DNA of 64,000 nt from assembly GCA_950097015.1 (NCBI GenBank), contig CATNEN010000024.1, forward strand, positions 3,224,001 to 3,288,000. The letters are read 5' to 3'. A program made the position numbers and the translations under genes. This document shows positions 14,606 through 27,690 of the stretch, piece by piece (position 1 is the first letter of the stretch; each line of letters starts with the position of its first letter). The notes under the pieces are model-generated. The model was not told the origin of the DNA and ran no database searches. It was given only the letters and a program-made list of their open reading frames with translations. This stretch comes from Macrostomum hystrix. Its lineage: Eukaryota > Animalia > Platyhelminthes.

Positions 14606-15719
14606 ACCTGAGGCAGTGGCTGACAGCAGCACGAGAAGCAGGACTGTTGGTGCTGAGGTGGATACTGCATTGGATGCTGGTGTCCGCTGACCTGCCAAGC
14701 TGACTGGTGATGCGACAGGTGACTTGTCAGTGACCGGGGCTCTGCAAAACGCGAGACAGAACCGTTTGCACTAAATACAGTAGTTGGTTGGCGTAACAAA
14801 TCGTACAGTTCATTATTAGGCAACTCACCACAATTGTAACTCCAGACGTGCTGATTATTTGAAACCGGCTGGTGCAACTGCTGCATGGACTGGTGCATCT
14901 GCTGCTGCTGCAGTGGAAGCCGCTGATAGTATTGATGCGGCTGTTGCTGCTGCTGCTGCTGCCTCGGCCAGTGATCCCAATAAGGCGCCGGTTCCGGCGG
15001 CGGAACTTCGCGTTTCACAAAAGTGGCACTGCCGCCGCCGCCGCTGGCGACGCTCGACGAAATCATGGAGCCGCGGCCAGATGATCCGGCGCTGACAACG
15101 CTGCCATCATCCGCTAGAGCCGCCTTGGGCGGAGCCAGACTCCCCCGAATCGTGGTCAACGGCTGCGGCGTCGGAGTTATCGACGACGAGGTTGCCACAC
15201 CGACCAGAGTGGAGGAGCCGCATGACCGCTCCGATAGTGGCGAAGGGGCCGATGAGGAGTGCTGACTGATCTGGCTCATTGGCGAGGGTCCATCAGAGTC
15301 TGTGTTGAGGAGAGAGAGAATATTACTCTAAAAAAAACTAAAATGCACAGACTAAAAAGCCTTAGCTGCATTCGCTTCAAGCACTCACACGTCACAGGAC
15401 TGACAAGAGCTTCAGTTTTTATTATTCCGCCCTTAACCGAGTTGCAAAGTCGCGCGTGATGACGATGCGACTGAAACTGCTGCTGCTGCTGCCGCGGCTG
15501 CTGCGCCACAAAAGCTGCTGTAACGCTAGCTGCGGCGGCGTCGTTAGCTATAGGCGGTGGTCCCGTGGCAATGCCCAGTAATTGAGCCAGGCTTTCGTCG
15601 TCTGAGTCAAAGAAATCAGCTGGCAGCGAGTCGGACATCGGGCTGGCGATCATTGAGATCGACATGCCGCCGCCGCCTCCACCTTCGCCACCGAGGAAGG
15701 AGCCACCGAAGTTTGAGTT

Positions 15720-15790
<71 letters not shown>

Positions 15791-18713
15791 TAGCGCTAGA
15801 CTTGGCTCCGTACCGCCGCATCCGATTCTCCTCAGCCTTCGAGCTCCAGCTCTCGCCTTTGAACTTTTTTGTTGCGTAGGCCTCGGCACCGTGTACAGTC
15901 TTGATGTGCTTCCTAAGCGAGCTGGGGTCCGTGTACCGTTTGCTGCATCCAACCGCAGCCCGACAAACATACGGCTTCTCAGTTGAGTGAGTCCGGTTCT
16001 GATGCTTAGCCCGGTCCGATGCGTTTGAGAAGGCCTTACCGCAGCCTGCCACCTCGCAGGGGTAGGGCTTCTCACCGGTGTGAGATCGCTGGTGCGTCTT
16101 CATGTTCTCAAGGCGTGAGTAGGCCTTGTGGCAGCCTTCATACTGTGGTAAGGCAGTTAATTTTGGTAGGAAGATAGAAACAAGTTAGACATCTAGAGAA
16201 GTAGAGAGAGACACTGGGAGAAGTAGACACTGGGAGAAATAGACCCTGGGAGAAGTAGACACTGGGAGAAGTAGACACTGGGAGAAGTAGACCCTGGGAG
16301 AAGTAGAAGACACTGGGAGAAGTAGACACTGGGAGAAGTAGACACTGGGAGAAGTAGACACTGGGAGAAGTAGACACTGGGAGAAGTAGACCCTGGGAGA
16401 AGTAGACACTGGGAGAAGTAGATACTGGGAGAAGTAGACCCTGGGAGAAGTAGACCCTGGGAGAAGTAGACACTGGGAGAAGTAGACACTGGGAGAAGTA
16501 GACACGGTGTTAAATTATTAAACCAGATGCAGTGGCAGCACTCACCGTGCAGTTGTAAGGCTTCTCTCCAGTATGCCTTCGCACGTGAACGTTGAGCATG
16601 TAGAGCGCCTTGAATGGCTTCAGGTGCCGATTGCAATCTCGCCAGTAGCAGGCGAATTCCTTTCGATCGCAGCTCTTCACGTGCTGCTCGTTTACGTGCT
16701 GCATAGGGAAAATCAGTGCCAAGAATTAGGAACCAGTTCAGGGATCATTTTCACCCGTTTTCGGTGTCTCACCTCGACAAGCTCCGCGTTGCTTTCAAAC
16801 TTGGCGCAGCAATTTTCCCACTGGCAGTCGGTCTCGCCGGACGCTGTCTCGCCATCGTCGTCGTCCAATTCTCCGTCTCTGCTGGCTCCGCAACCGCCGC
16901 CCACGCCGCCGCCGCCGTCGCCACTAGCCTCGTGTCCGCAGGAGGAACTGCCGCCGACGGTGCTGTCGGGACTAGTCAAACAGGAATTCGTGGCCGACGG
17001 TCGAAAATTCGGCGGCACCTGAGCCGGCATCGGCGGAGCCGGCGGCTGCGGGGGAAACAGCGGCGAGCCGCTACCGAACGAAGCGGCCGACAAGTGCCCG
17101 ATGGAGCCGTGGCTGCCCTTCGAACTGGCGCACGGCGATCTTCTTAGCCGCGGAATCCACGACAGGCAGTCGTGCGAGGCCGTCACCTGGCTCAAGTCGA
17201 CGCTGCTGCCCTCCATTGAAGACTGCGACAGGGCGCGCTTCTTGGCGCCCCGGCCGAGTGTGGCCATCGGCTGGTATGTCGCCGATGGCGGCGGCAGCGG
17301 CGGCGGTGGCACAGGCGGCCAGGCGGGGCTGGCGGGCTGGTAGGCGGGCTGGTAGGCCCAGTTCGGTGGGCAGGGAAAGCTGGGGTTGGTGGGCACTGAG
17401 CGGGTGCCAGTGGGAGGCTGGGACCAGAACGTGGCGGCCTGATAGTTTGGTGCAGCCATGCCGTAGGCGCTGATGCTGCCGTAAGCGCTGTTTCGTGTGT
17501 CTGTAATTAGCGTAATTAGCGTAACTACTTAGTCAATGAGTGCTATTTGTTTAGTAAGCTTTTTATTTCCGTACTCTCTAAAAGAGCCATCAACGGTGAG
17601 AGCCGTCCAGACAAAACCTGAGTCATCATCAGCGCAGATAGTTTGTCACAGTCAGAGACAGAAAAAAACTCACTGCAACTCAAATCTGTGAGTCCGCATC
17701 TAGCATATAAAATAATAAGAAAGAATTGCATACACAATCAAATACAATGAGGACTAGTTGGAGTTACAGTACAACACCTTAGAGTGAGGCTGAGTGACTG
17801 CAGAGAGAGAGAGATGAAAAATGGTTACCCAGCCTTCGACCCTGTGAGCTGCAAAACGGTGGAATCCAGCCACCCCAACTCCGAGCTGCTTTCTTATGCC
17901 CCCTTTCTCCGCTGCGCTCTGCCACTTGAGCCGCGCCGGGACTGCTCAAGTTGCGTGACTCATTTGGGGTCCCGCAAGTCTCAATAAATCTGCTCATTGT
18001 AGCCTGCGAACAATGGAGATGAGTTTTTTGTTAGAATCTAAACTGACAGCTATCCGAGTCCTGGGGGCAGGCAGATATGGAAATATTGGGATATGCAAAG
18101 CGCACGCGTGCTGCCCCGCACAATTCCGCGCTCTCGAGAAATGAAATAAGCTAGAAGAGAGAAAAAGAAATGTTTTTATTCTTCCATCGAAATGTTAGAG
18201 AGACAGAAGAGAAACTGAAGAAATGGCACTAAAAGCGAGTGGTTCTCACTGCCAGGCCACCCGGGTGCAAGTGCACAGTCTCACACTGCAGCTTCATCAT
18301 TATTGTCACACCCTATGGCTGGGAATCTGTGTGGGCTGGCATCAGTCGCTTTTGAGTCGAGTTTCGCTTGTGTTTTTGTTATCATGGAAGAACTAAAATG
18401 GTGCACATGGATTGAGTATTAACACAAATGGATTTAAGGTGCATTAATTATTCCATTTAGTCCAATGTATGAGTGATAGTTGCCTGTTCAGACATTCGGC
18501 TAAAAAAATAATAAGGAGGCCATTCTACCCATTCTGCTGACTCCTGAGCACACACACACGCACGAATACTGTACACAGGCTTTTTAATAGTCTAAAGCCT
18601 AATAGATATGGCCTCGCTGCAGATTCGAACTCAGGGACCTCGTTGCCACAGTAGGACTCTGACGTGACATCTTTTTGAAAGGCTCACCGAAATCTTGAAA
18701 ATGGCGCGCATAG

Positions 18714-18767
<54 letters not shown>

Positions 18768-18769
18768 AT
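14254..18769 (-). CDS. gli: GLI/cubitus interruptus-family C2H2 zinc-finger transcription factor (~920 aa)
   Basis: Exons 18688-18769, 16773-17500, 16546-16698, 15389-16142, 14254-15299, all phase-consistent (first exon less certain). Five GLI fingers with [38 protein letters not shown] and [18 protein letters not shown]-terminal KKRALS block and SIGHLS. Confidence 0.95.
16205..16505. repeat. 16-bp minisatellite (GGGAGAAGTAGACACT) filling a gli intron
   Basis: About 19 units occupy most of intron 16143-16545, between the ZF3 exons. Confidence 0.95.
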
Positions 18770-19547
18770 GTCCAATGCCAGGCACGCGGGAGATGATGAC
18801 AGACACGCAGTCAAGTTAGCAAGCTAGTTTATTTGAGTATTGGGTACACAGTCTCGAGGCTGAGATTTTAGACACAGCCGCTTAAACCAGCAGCAAAGCA
18901 GAGGGAGAGTGCGCCTTTGAAATTGTTCTGGCGTCTGTCTTTTATTTTCTTTAATTCTTTCTTTTCCAGTCTCCCTTTCAACTTTTTCTGTCTGTCTTCT
19001 TTTATTCTATAGCTAGCTGTTCGAGAGATATTGCTGCTGTTGCCGCTGCCACGCGTCCACCCCCTCCACTGTCTTCACGCTTGGTCTCTGGAAAACCTAC
19101 TGCTAAACTCCCCCTACGTGTCATTAATGGACACTTAGTGATTTGCCTGCCTCTACCCAATCAGACTCAGTGGCATCTATTGCCAGCTTGGAGAGAGCCG
19201 GCCCTGTCTCTGTGTCCGCTTTTAGTAGAAGTTCTGCCAGCAAAATTTATAAAAACAGATAGTTATCCATTTTTGGATCGCTTGATAAAGCCGCTATGTG
19301 CGCAGTTCTAAATATGCACAAATAAAAAGTTGTCGCAAACTGATTAGCATGTGTTGAAGAAGAGTTAGCATGTGACTAATGTGGCAGAAATTCTAGACTA
19401 GCCAAATTAACCACCGAAGGATAATACGACCGCGTGATTTAAAAACTTTGCACCAAAATGTCACTTACATTTAGATTTAATCTACCTGTCCTCCTCGTAT
19501 TATCCAAGTTGCACTTCATTGTAATCTATTTCAGTTTCTCACAACAT

Positions 19548-19832
19548 TTTCTATGATCTATCCTTTTATCTCCTAAATGTCTATGGTCCGTCTTATTCAC
19601 TCCCAGTTGTCTATGGTCGATCCTATTCTCTTCTAATTGTCTATGGTCTATCCTATTCTCTCCCAATTCTCTATGGTCTATCCTAATCTCTCCCAATTCT
19701 CTATGGTCTATCATATTCTCTCCCAATTCTCTATGGTTTATCCTATTCTCTCCCAATTCTCTATGGTCTATCCTATTCTCTCCCAATTCTCTTTGGTCTA
19801 TCCTATTCTCTCCCAATTCTCTATGGTCTATC
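19548..19832. repeat. 30-bp minisatellite (TCTCCCAATTCTCTATGGTCTATCCTATTC)
   Basis: About 9 units, degenerating toward the left end. Confidence 0.93.
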
Positions 19833-21078
19833 AATTTATGAATCTCTACATTTCTCTCCTAGCCTGCCTCGATTCGCTCTCCGTATCCAAGAAACGAAAT
19901 TATGATTAAGCAGTTCTCAAACTTGATTTAGCCGCTGCCATGCATGTGTTTGCTCAGCTGTGCAAGACCCTCTCCTGTGAGCCTAGCTACAGCTATGCGA
20001 ATGTCTCTGAGAGCCAAAGAATAAACCCGGATCGAAACGAGCTCATTTTGGCGGTCTCATTGAAATCAGCCAGCCGCTATTTTCTATTAAAGCAGGTCTT
20101 GCAGCTAGGGGTCAAACAGGTCTGTTTTCCCTGCAGCATCTCGCAGGCTTCCGTCACTTCAAAAAGGGGAGCCGCCGGTGAAACCAGAGAGTTTATGCGG
20201 CCAAGACTGACGCGAGGGAATCGTTAATCCTTGTTGAAACAAGGCCCAACCAGCAATAGCCAGTGCAGCATCTTCAACCGCTTGCAACACTTAAATCTAA
20301 ATGCCAGGGGATGAGTTACAAGCGAAATGCATTACAGCTTAAACAATGATTTATATATATATATTTAGGCGGGCATTAGAAAAAATGTGCCTTTTTGTTC
20401 AGCTAGGCTAGCTAAGTACCTGCCGACCCACTGGAGTACACACACGCGCACACACAGCAGCAGCAGCGGCAGCAGCAGCGGCAGCACAGTATATCAATCC
20501 CAAAGGAGACCCTTGCAGTTAGGGAAATCACTTCCACCTGTTTATACCAAGACTGAAATAAGTTTTTTTCGCGCAATGAAATAAATGGGAAATCTTTAAG
20601 TAAGGAGCGGTTATTCCTTTCCATGGGGGGCTGGTGGTGGTACAGCCCAGGCCTGGCTTGGGGTCGAGTTTGTTTGGGATCATGGAGGACTTAATCATTG
20701 CTCGAAGATAAAAGCACGCCTATATTGCCATTGCCGACTGGAAACTTTAAGGGCTGCATGAAATCCCACTTATAGTATGTAAATGTGCTTCCCTCAGTCT
20801 TCCCATTTTATATATATATCTATAGATAGATTTTACAGAAATGAGATAGTTTAGGGCCTGACTGACTGACAGACATTGCGGATGCAGTAGGGGTGCAGGG
20901 TATTTGGCGTCTTGTCGGCTTAAAAAATGGAATGCATGGCAAGCCTGAGGTGTAGATCCGGAGTGAACGACCCCCGCCGCCACACCCACTGCCAGTGCCT
21001 GCAGTAGGGAAAAAAATATAGGCGGCTTTTAATTGCCGCCCGAATTGCACAGCATCAAAAATCTAGATGTTGTTTGAA

Positions 21079-21114
<36 letters not shown>

Positions 21115-22580
21115 ACTCATCATTAGAAATCTATCTACCTCCAACTGCTCTCTGATACTAAGGCCTGGCGTGTCTTGGCACCCACAGTTTGGCCGCCGAA
21201 AGCACTCGACGCTTAACACTTAAAAGAGACCGGTTGCTTTTCCTCGTCGAATTCTGCAAGACTGCCTGGATTTCGTCTTTCAGCGTTGCCAGGCTCCCGT
21301 AAAAAAGCACCGAAAGAAAACACAAAGGGGCATGTTCTTTTCTAGCTAGATAAATATGCTTCGTTAATAGCTTCCGATGTTAATTAAATTTTGTTTTAAC
21401 TATACCGCTAACCTTTAGAGCTCATAATATTCTACTCGTACTTATAACTGCTCAATAAGCTTCCATCTAAAGTTCTGGGTTGTTAAAGGAAACCATTATT
21501 TAAATACAAACAAGCAAACGAACAGAGGTATGAAAAAATCAAATTGCATAGAAATTGTTTTCCGATTTCACGGGAAGAAACGCGGACACAAAAACGGTTA
21601 GTCTCCAAGCAGTGCTCAGAGACACTGGAGGTCATTATAATGGAGTCTGCCTTTCATTTTGAATGCGGGCAAAATGTCATTGATACGAAGTATGATGAGG
21701 GCCCACAAATAGACTAAGAAAAACATTTTGAACCTACGAGATTCAATTTTTTTCTGCTCATGCTGCTGTTGCTACAAACAAGACTCAATTGACGCGTTTG
21801 TTATCTTTTCTTTGAGTGATTTCTTTTGGCCACTTTTTGGTTTACTTTTTCTGATGCGGGCCTAGATGCCATTAAGAAGTATGGCATCATTGGGGACAGT
21901 GAAGCGAGTATAACAAAGGTGCAAAAAGCATCTACTTAAAACGAGAAACTCATCTTCTAGACTGGTTTCCTGAATCCTGAACCGGTTACTGACCCGCCAC
22001 CATATTTTTATGAGGCCGGTCATACTGTTATATTGTTATATTCCTGTACAAAATGCTTCCTATAATCGTATATTTAATATAAAAGCCAAAGTCCCTTTAG
22101 AAATGAGAAGTGCATATGAAATTAAATAAAGTTAGGTATAGGAAATTGTCGGGAATCGGTCTTTGTTCCAGTCTTTGTATAGAAATCTTACAGATTTCAG
22201 ATTCTAAGAGTGGGTGGGACCATTTTGTAGACAGGTGGCGGGGTGCAGCTATTTAACCGTTTCGATCCACAGTCTAACACAAGAGATGGCCAAACGAAAT
22301 GACAAAAGTAAGGCATATTTTGGTCCGAGTTGGACCAAATGCAACACAAAGCGGGTAAATGCTGCATAGCCAGCCAGGCACTTTCCATAAATGGACACAA
22401 CCTTGAAATCTGGGAACGAGTTGTGGGAGGTCCGACCTGACTACTTGGTTCCCATATATACAAATCAGAGTGGCTTCTATTTTAAATAAAAGAAATATAT
22501 ACTCGTAGCTAGCTACCAACCAATTTCTGTTTTTTGTTTTTTCTGTTTCTGTTTCTGTTTTTTCTTATCTCTGCCAGAAT

Positions 22581-25500
22581 TCAGGTGAATTCTTCAAGGG
22601 ACCAGCTTTCACAGTGTTGGGGCGAAACTGTCTCAAGTTTTAAGTATTCAGTACAATCAGAGTTCAAAAAGCTTATTACAGCTGAGAGAGGAGACAGGGA
22701 GAGATAAGCCACGGGGCGGGAGAGATGAGACTGGGAGAGATGAGACACGAGAGAGATGAGACGCGAGAGAGATAAGACTGGGAGAGATAAGACTGGGGAG
22801 AGATAAGACAGGAGAGAGATGAGACATGGGAGAGAAAAGAATGGGAGAGATGAGACACGGGAGAGATGAGACATGGGAGAGATAAGAATGGGAGAGATGA
22901 GACACGGGAGAGATGAGACATGGGAGAGATAAGAATGGGAGAGATGAGACTGGGGAGAGATGAGACATGGAGAGAGATGAGACATGGGAGAGATAAGAAT
23001 GGGAGAGATGAGACTGGGGAGAGATGAGACATGGGAGAGATAAGAATGGGAGAGATGAGACTGGGGAGAGATGAGACACGGGAGAGATGAGACATGGGAG
23101 AGATAAGAATGGGAGAGATGAGACACGGGAGAGATGAGACATGGGAGATGTATGACCGGGAGAGATGAGCATGGGGAGAGATAAGACTGGGGAGAAGATA
23201 AGAAGATATCGCTAAATACTAATAAGAAAAATACTCATAAGAATTAGTATTCTGCAATAGACTCTTAGACTAAGATGAGGACGATAAATGAAAAAAGTGG
23301 TAAAATGTGAAATTGAGAGCACAAATAGTACAACAGCTCACCTGTATCGAGGCAATCCGTGCTCTCGGTTCCTTGAAGTCGGTTCCTTTCGAACTTGTTA
23401 ACTAATTAGACTAATGAGTAGCCAGGTGATGAGCAGCTACGCATTACTTTGTCGACAATGAGCTTAAAAGCTAAAAATGGAAAAATAGCTTGTGAAAATT
23501 CATTGTCTCTTGGGAGTCAACAGAGGCAAGGGGCAGTGGAAATTCGGTCGTGGAAATTAATATGCTTTGCGTTTACATTTAAAGATTTCAATGTTTTCAC
23601 CAGTCTGCCGACACACTGCCTCCAACCACCGATTTGGGCGGAACGGATCCACCCACCTCCCTCCGCCAAGCTGCTCTCTAATTGGCGGCGGGGATCGGGA
23701 GTGGAAGTGTTTGAAAGAATTCTCCCATCGGGAACTCGCTTTGCTAAAAGATTTTATGGGGCAAAGGGCTTTGAATACTGCGATGCAATTAGATATCTGT
23801 CATTTGAATACGATCCTGTTTTGTGAAGGGTGCGGTTTGTAAAGGGTCAGGTTTGTGAAGGGTCAGGTTTGTGAAGGGTGAGGTTTGTGAAGGGTGTGGT
23901 TTGTGAAGGGTGTGGTTTGTGAAGGGTGTGGTTTGTGAAGGGTGTGGTTTGTGAAGGGTGTGGTTTGTGAAGGGTGAGGTTTGTGAAGGGTGTGGTTTGT
24001 AAAGCGTGTGGTTTGTAAAGCGTGTGGTTTGTGAAGGGTGAGGTTTGTGAAGGGTCAGGTTTGTGAAGGGTGTGGTTTGTGAAGGGTGTAGTTTGTGAAG
24101 GGTGAGGTTTGTAAAGGGTCAGGTTTGCGAAGGGTGTGGTTTGTAAAGCGTGTGGTTTATGAGGGGTGTGGTTTGTAAAGCGTGTGGTTTGTGAGGGGTG
24201 TGGTTTGTGAAGGGTCAGGTTTGTGAAGGGTGTAGTTTGTGAAGGGTGTAGTTTGTGAAGGGTGTAGTTTGTGAAGGGTCAGGTTTGTGAAGGGTGTGGT
24301 TTGTGAAGGGTCAGGTTTGTGAAGGGTGTGGTTTGTGAAGGGTGTAGTTTGTGAAGGGTGCGGTTTGTAAAGCGTGTGGTTTGTGAAGGGTCAGGTTTGC
24401 GAAGGGTGGGGTTTGTGAACGGTGAGGTTTGTGAAGGGTGAGGTTTGTGAAGGGTCATGTTTGTGAAGGGTCAGGTTTGTGAAGGGTCAGGTTTGTGAAG
24501 GGTGTGGTTTCTGAAGGGTCAGGGTTGTGAAGGGTGTGGTTTGTGAAGGGTGTGGTTTGTGAAGGGTCAGGTTTGTGAAGGGTGTGGTTTGTGAAGGGTG
24601 AGGTTTGTGAAGGGTCAGGTTTGTGAAGGGTGTGGTTTGTGAAGGGTGTGGTTTGTGAAGGGTCAGGTTTGTGAAGGGTGTGGTTTGTGAAGGGTCAGGT
24701 TTGTGAAGGGTGTGGTTTGTGAAGGGTGTGGTTTGTGAAGGGTGTGGTTTCTGAAGGGTCAGGTTTGTGAAGGGTCAGGTTTGTGAAGGGTCAGGTTTGT
24801 GAAGGGTGTGGTTTCTGAAGGGTCAGGTTTGTGAAGGGTGAGGTTTGTGAAGGGTGTGGTTTGTGAAGGGTGTGGTTTGTGAAGGGTGTGGTTTGTGAAG
24901 GGTGTGGTTTGTGAAGGGTGTGGTTTGTGAAGGGTGAGGTTTGTGAAGGGTGTGGTTTGTAAAGCGTGTGGTTTGTAAAGCGTGTGGTTTGTGAAGGGTG
25001 AGGTTTGTGAAGGGTCAGGTTTGTGAAGGGTGTGGTTTGTGAAGGGTGTAGTTTGTGAAGGGTGAGGTTTGTAAAGGGTCAGGTTTGCGAAGGGTGTGGT
25101 TTGTAAAGCGTGTGGTTTATGAGGGGTGTGGTTTGTAAAGCGTGTGGTTTGTGAGGGGTGTGGTTTGTGAAGGGTCAGGTTTGTGAAGGGTGTAGTTTGT
25201 GAAGGGTGTAGTTTGTGAAGGGTGTAGTTTGTGAAGGGTCAGGTTTGTGAAGGGTGTGGTTTGTGAAGGGTCAGGTTTGTGAAGGGTGTGGTTTGTGAAG
25301 GGTGTAGTTTGTGAAGGGTGCGGTTTGTAAAGCGTGTGGTTTGTGAAGGGTCAGGTTTGCGAAGGGTGGGGTTTGTGAACGGTGAGGTTTGTGAAGGGTG
25401 AGGTTTGTGAAGGGTCAGGTTTGTGAAGGGTCAGGTTTGTGAAGGGTCAGGTTTGTGAAGGGTGTGGTTTCTGAAGGGTCAGGGTTGTGAAGGGTGTGGT

Positions 25501-26091
25501 TTGTGAAGGGTGTGGTTTGTGAAGGGTCAGGTTTGTGAAGGGTGTGGTTTGTGAAGGGTGAGGTTTGTGAAGGGTCAGGTTTGTGAAGGGTGTGGTTTGT
25601 GAAGGGTGTGGTTTGTGAAGGGTCAGGTTTGTGAAGGGTGTGGTTTGTGAAGGGTCAGGTTTGTGAAGGGTGTGGTTTGTGAAGGGTGTGGTTTGTGAAG
25701 GGTGTGGTTTCTGAAGGGTCAGGTTTGTGAAGGGTCAGGTTTGTGAAGGGTCAGGTTTGTGAAGGGTGTGGTTTCTGAAGGGTCAGGGTTGTGAAGGGTG
25801 TGGTTTGTGAAGGGTGTGGTTTGTGAAGGGTCAGGTTTGTGAAGGGTGAGGTTTGTGAAGGGTGAGGTTTGTGAAGGGTCAGGTTTGTGAAGGGTGTAGT
25901 TTGTGAAGGGTCAGGTTTGTGAAGGGTGAGGTTTGTGAGGGGTCAGGTTTGTGAAGGGTGAGGTTTGTGAAGGGTCAGGTTTGTGAAGGGTGAGGTTTGT
26001 GAAGGGTCAGGTTTGCTAAGCTGAAAATATACATGATAATATAAAACGAGAATCTCACTGACGGAAGGATGCCACATAGTCAAACTGCGTG
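22581..26091 (-). CDS. 3' part of an unidentified spliced gene
   Basis: Phase-1-consistent GT-AG exons 26059-26091, 23601-23777, 23342-23401, 22581-22681 (TGA) give ...RSLTMWHPSVIFKALCPIKSFSKASSRWENSFKHFHSRSPPPIREQLGGGRWVDPFRPNRWLEAVCRQTVNKFERNRLQGTESTDCLDTAVISFLNSDCTEYLKLETVSPQHCESWSLEEFT*. The ORF track misses this model. Upstream exons unresolved. Confidence 0.55.
22700..23192. repeat. 15-16-bp GA-rich minisatellite (GGGAGAGATGAGACAT/GGGAGAGATAAGAAT)
   Basis: About 31 units directly adjoining the minus-strand acceptor at 22682. Confidence 0.93.
23819..26015. repeat. 15-bp G-rich minisatellite (GGTTTGTGAAGGGTG/TCA) with a 960-bp higher-order duplication
   Basis: About 146 units. Sequence lines 960 bp apart (e.g. 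23941/24901, 24001/24961) are identical, including variant units. Confidence 0.97.
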
Positions 26092-26534
26092 CTGTATGCA
26101 TGGAGACTAATTATAGTAAAAGTGGAACAATTGTGATCACATAGATTGAATGACGGTCAAGATATTTTGACACATGCTCTCCGTACTACACCTCCTCCTC
26201 CAAAACACCTTTTCGAAGCTGTCATCAGTTAAACTGGCCTATAATCCGATAAGCAGCCTTCTAACACATCATTGAAGAGTTATCGGAACTAAATTGTAGC
26301 TTGGCAACTGTAGCATAGCAGGGGGCACAGCATTAAATTTCAGAGAGATTATTCCATTATAGCGACTTGCAGTTAAAATATTATAGACTAAGATAATTTG
26401 ATTCACTAAGTGATTCACTATTGAGGACTTTGTAATTTAAATATTGAAAATTGGTAGCAGAAGATGTGGGCGAGCACTAAGGGGGAGACAAAGACGGGAT
26501 AGAGCTTGCGAAAGCCTTGGGGGTAGCAAGGGGT

Positions 26535-27690
26535 GGATAGGGTAGGTAGCTGCTGTAGCGGATTGGGTAGGTAGCTACTGGAGCGGATAGGGTAGGTAGC
26601 TACTGGAGCGGATAGGGTTGGTAGCTACTGGAGCGGATTGGGTAGGTAGCTACTTGAGCGGATAGGGTAGGTAGCTACTGGAGCGGATTGGGTAGGTAGC
26701 TACTGGAGCGGACAGGGTAGGTAGCTACTGGAGCGGATAGGGTAGGTAGCTACTGGAGCGGACAGGGTAGGTAGCTACTGGAGCGGATAGGGTAGGTAGC
26801 TACTGAAGCAGACAGGGTAGGTAGCTACTGGAGCGGATTGGGTAGGTAGCTACTGGAGCGGATAGGGTACGCAGCTACTGGAGCGGATAGGGTAGGTAGC
26901 TACTGGAGCGGATTGGGTAGGTAGCTACTGGAGCGGATAGGGTAGGTAGCTACTGGAGCGGATTGGGTAGGTAGCTACTGGAGCGGATAGGGTAGGTAGC
27001 TACTGGAGCGGATAGGGTAGGTAGCTACTGGAGCGGATAGGGTAGGTAGCTACTGGAGCGGATAGGGTAGGTAGCTACTATAGTGGATAGGGTAGGTAGC
27101 TACTGGAGCGGATTGGGTAGGTAGCTACTGGAGCGGATTGGGTAGGTAGCTACTGGAGCGGATAGGGTAGGTAGCTACTGGAGCGGATTGGGTAGGTAGC
27201 TACTGGAGCGGATTGGGTAGGTAGCTACTGGAGCGGATAGGGTAGGTAGCTACTGGAGCGGATAGGGTAGGTAGCTACTGGAGCGGATTGGGTAGGTAGC
27301 TACTGGAGCGGATTGGGTAGGTAGCTACTGGAGCGGATTGGGTAGGTAGCTACTGGAGCGGATAGGGTAGGTAGCTACTGGAGCGGATTGGGTAGGTAGC
27401 TACTGGAGCGGATAGGGTAGGTAGCTACTGGAGCGGATAGGGTAGGTAGCTACTGGAGCGGATAGGGTAGGTAGGTACTGTAGTGGATAGGGTAGGTAGC
27501 TACTGTAGTGGATAGGGTAGGTAGCTACTGGAGCGGATAGGGTAGGTAGCTACTGGAGCGGATAGGGTAGGTAGCTACTGGAGCGGATAGGGTAGGTAGC
27601 TACTGGAGCGGATAGGGTAGGTAGCTACTGGAGCGGATAGGGTAGGTAGCTACTGGAGCGGATAGGGTAGGTAGCTACTGGAGCCGATAA
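26535..27690. repeat. 25-bp G-rich minisatellite (GGAGCGGATAGGGTAGGTAGCTACT)
   Basis: About 46 units. Degenerate shorter relatives continue to ~27790. Confidence 0.97.

Noticed and set aside
15276-15388. C-terminal extension [20 protein letters not shown]... of the gli ORF, hydrophobic like a TM segment
   Set aside because: It is read-through of the 89-nt intron 15300-15388, which has canonical GTGAGT and polypyrimidine-CAG ends.
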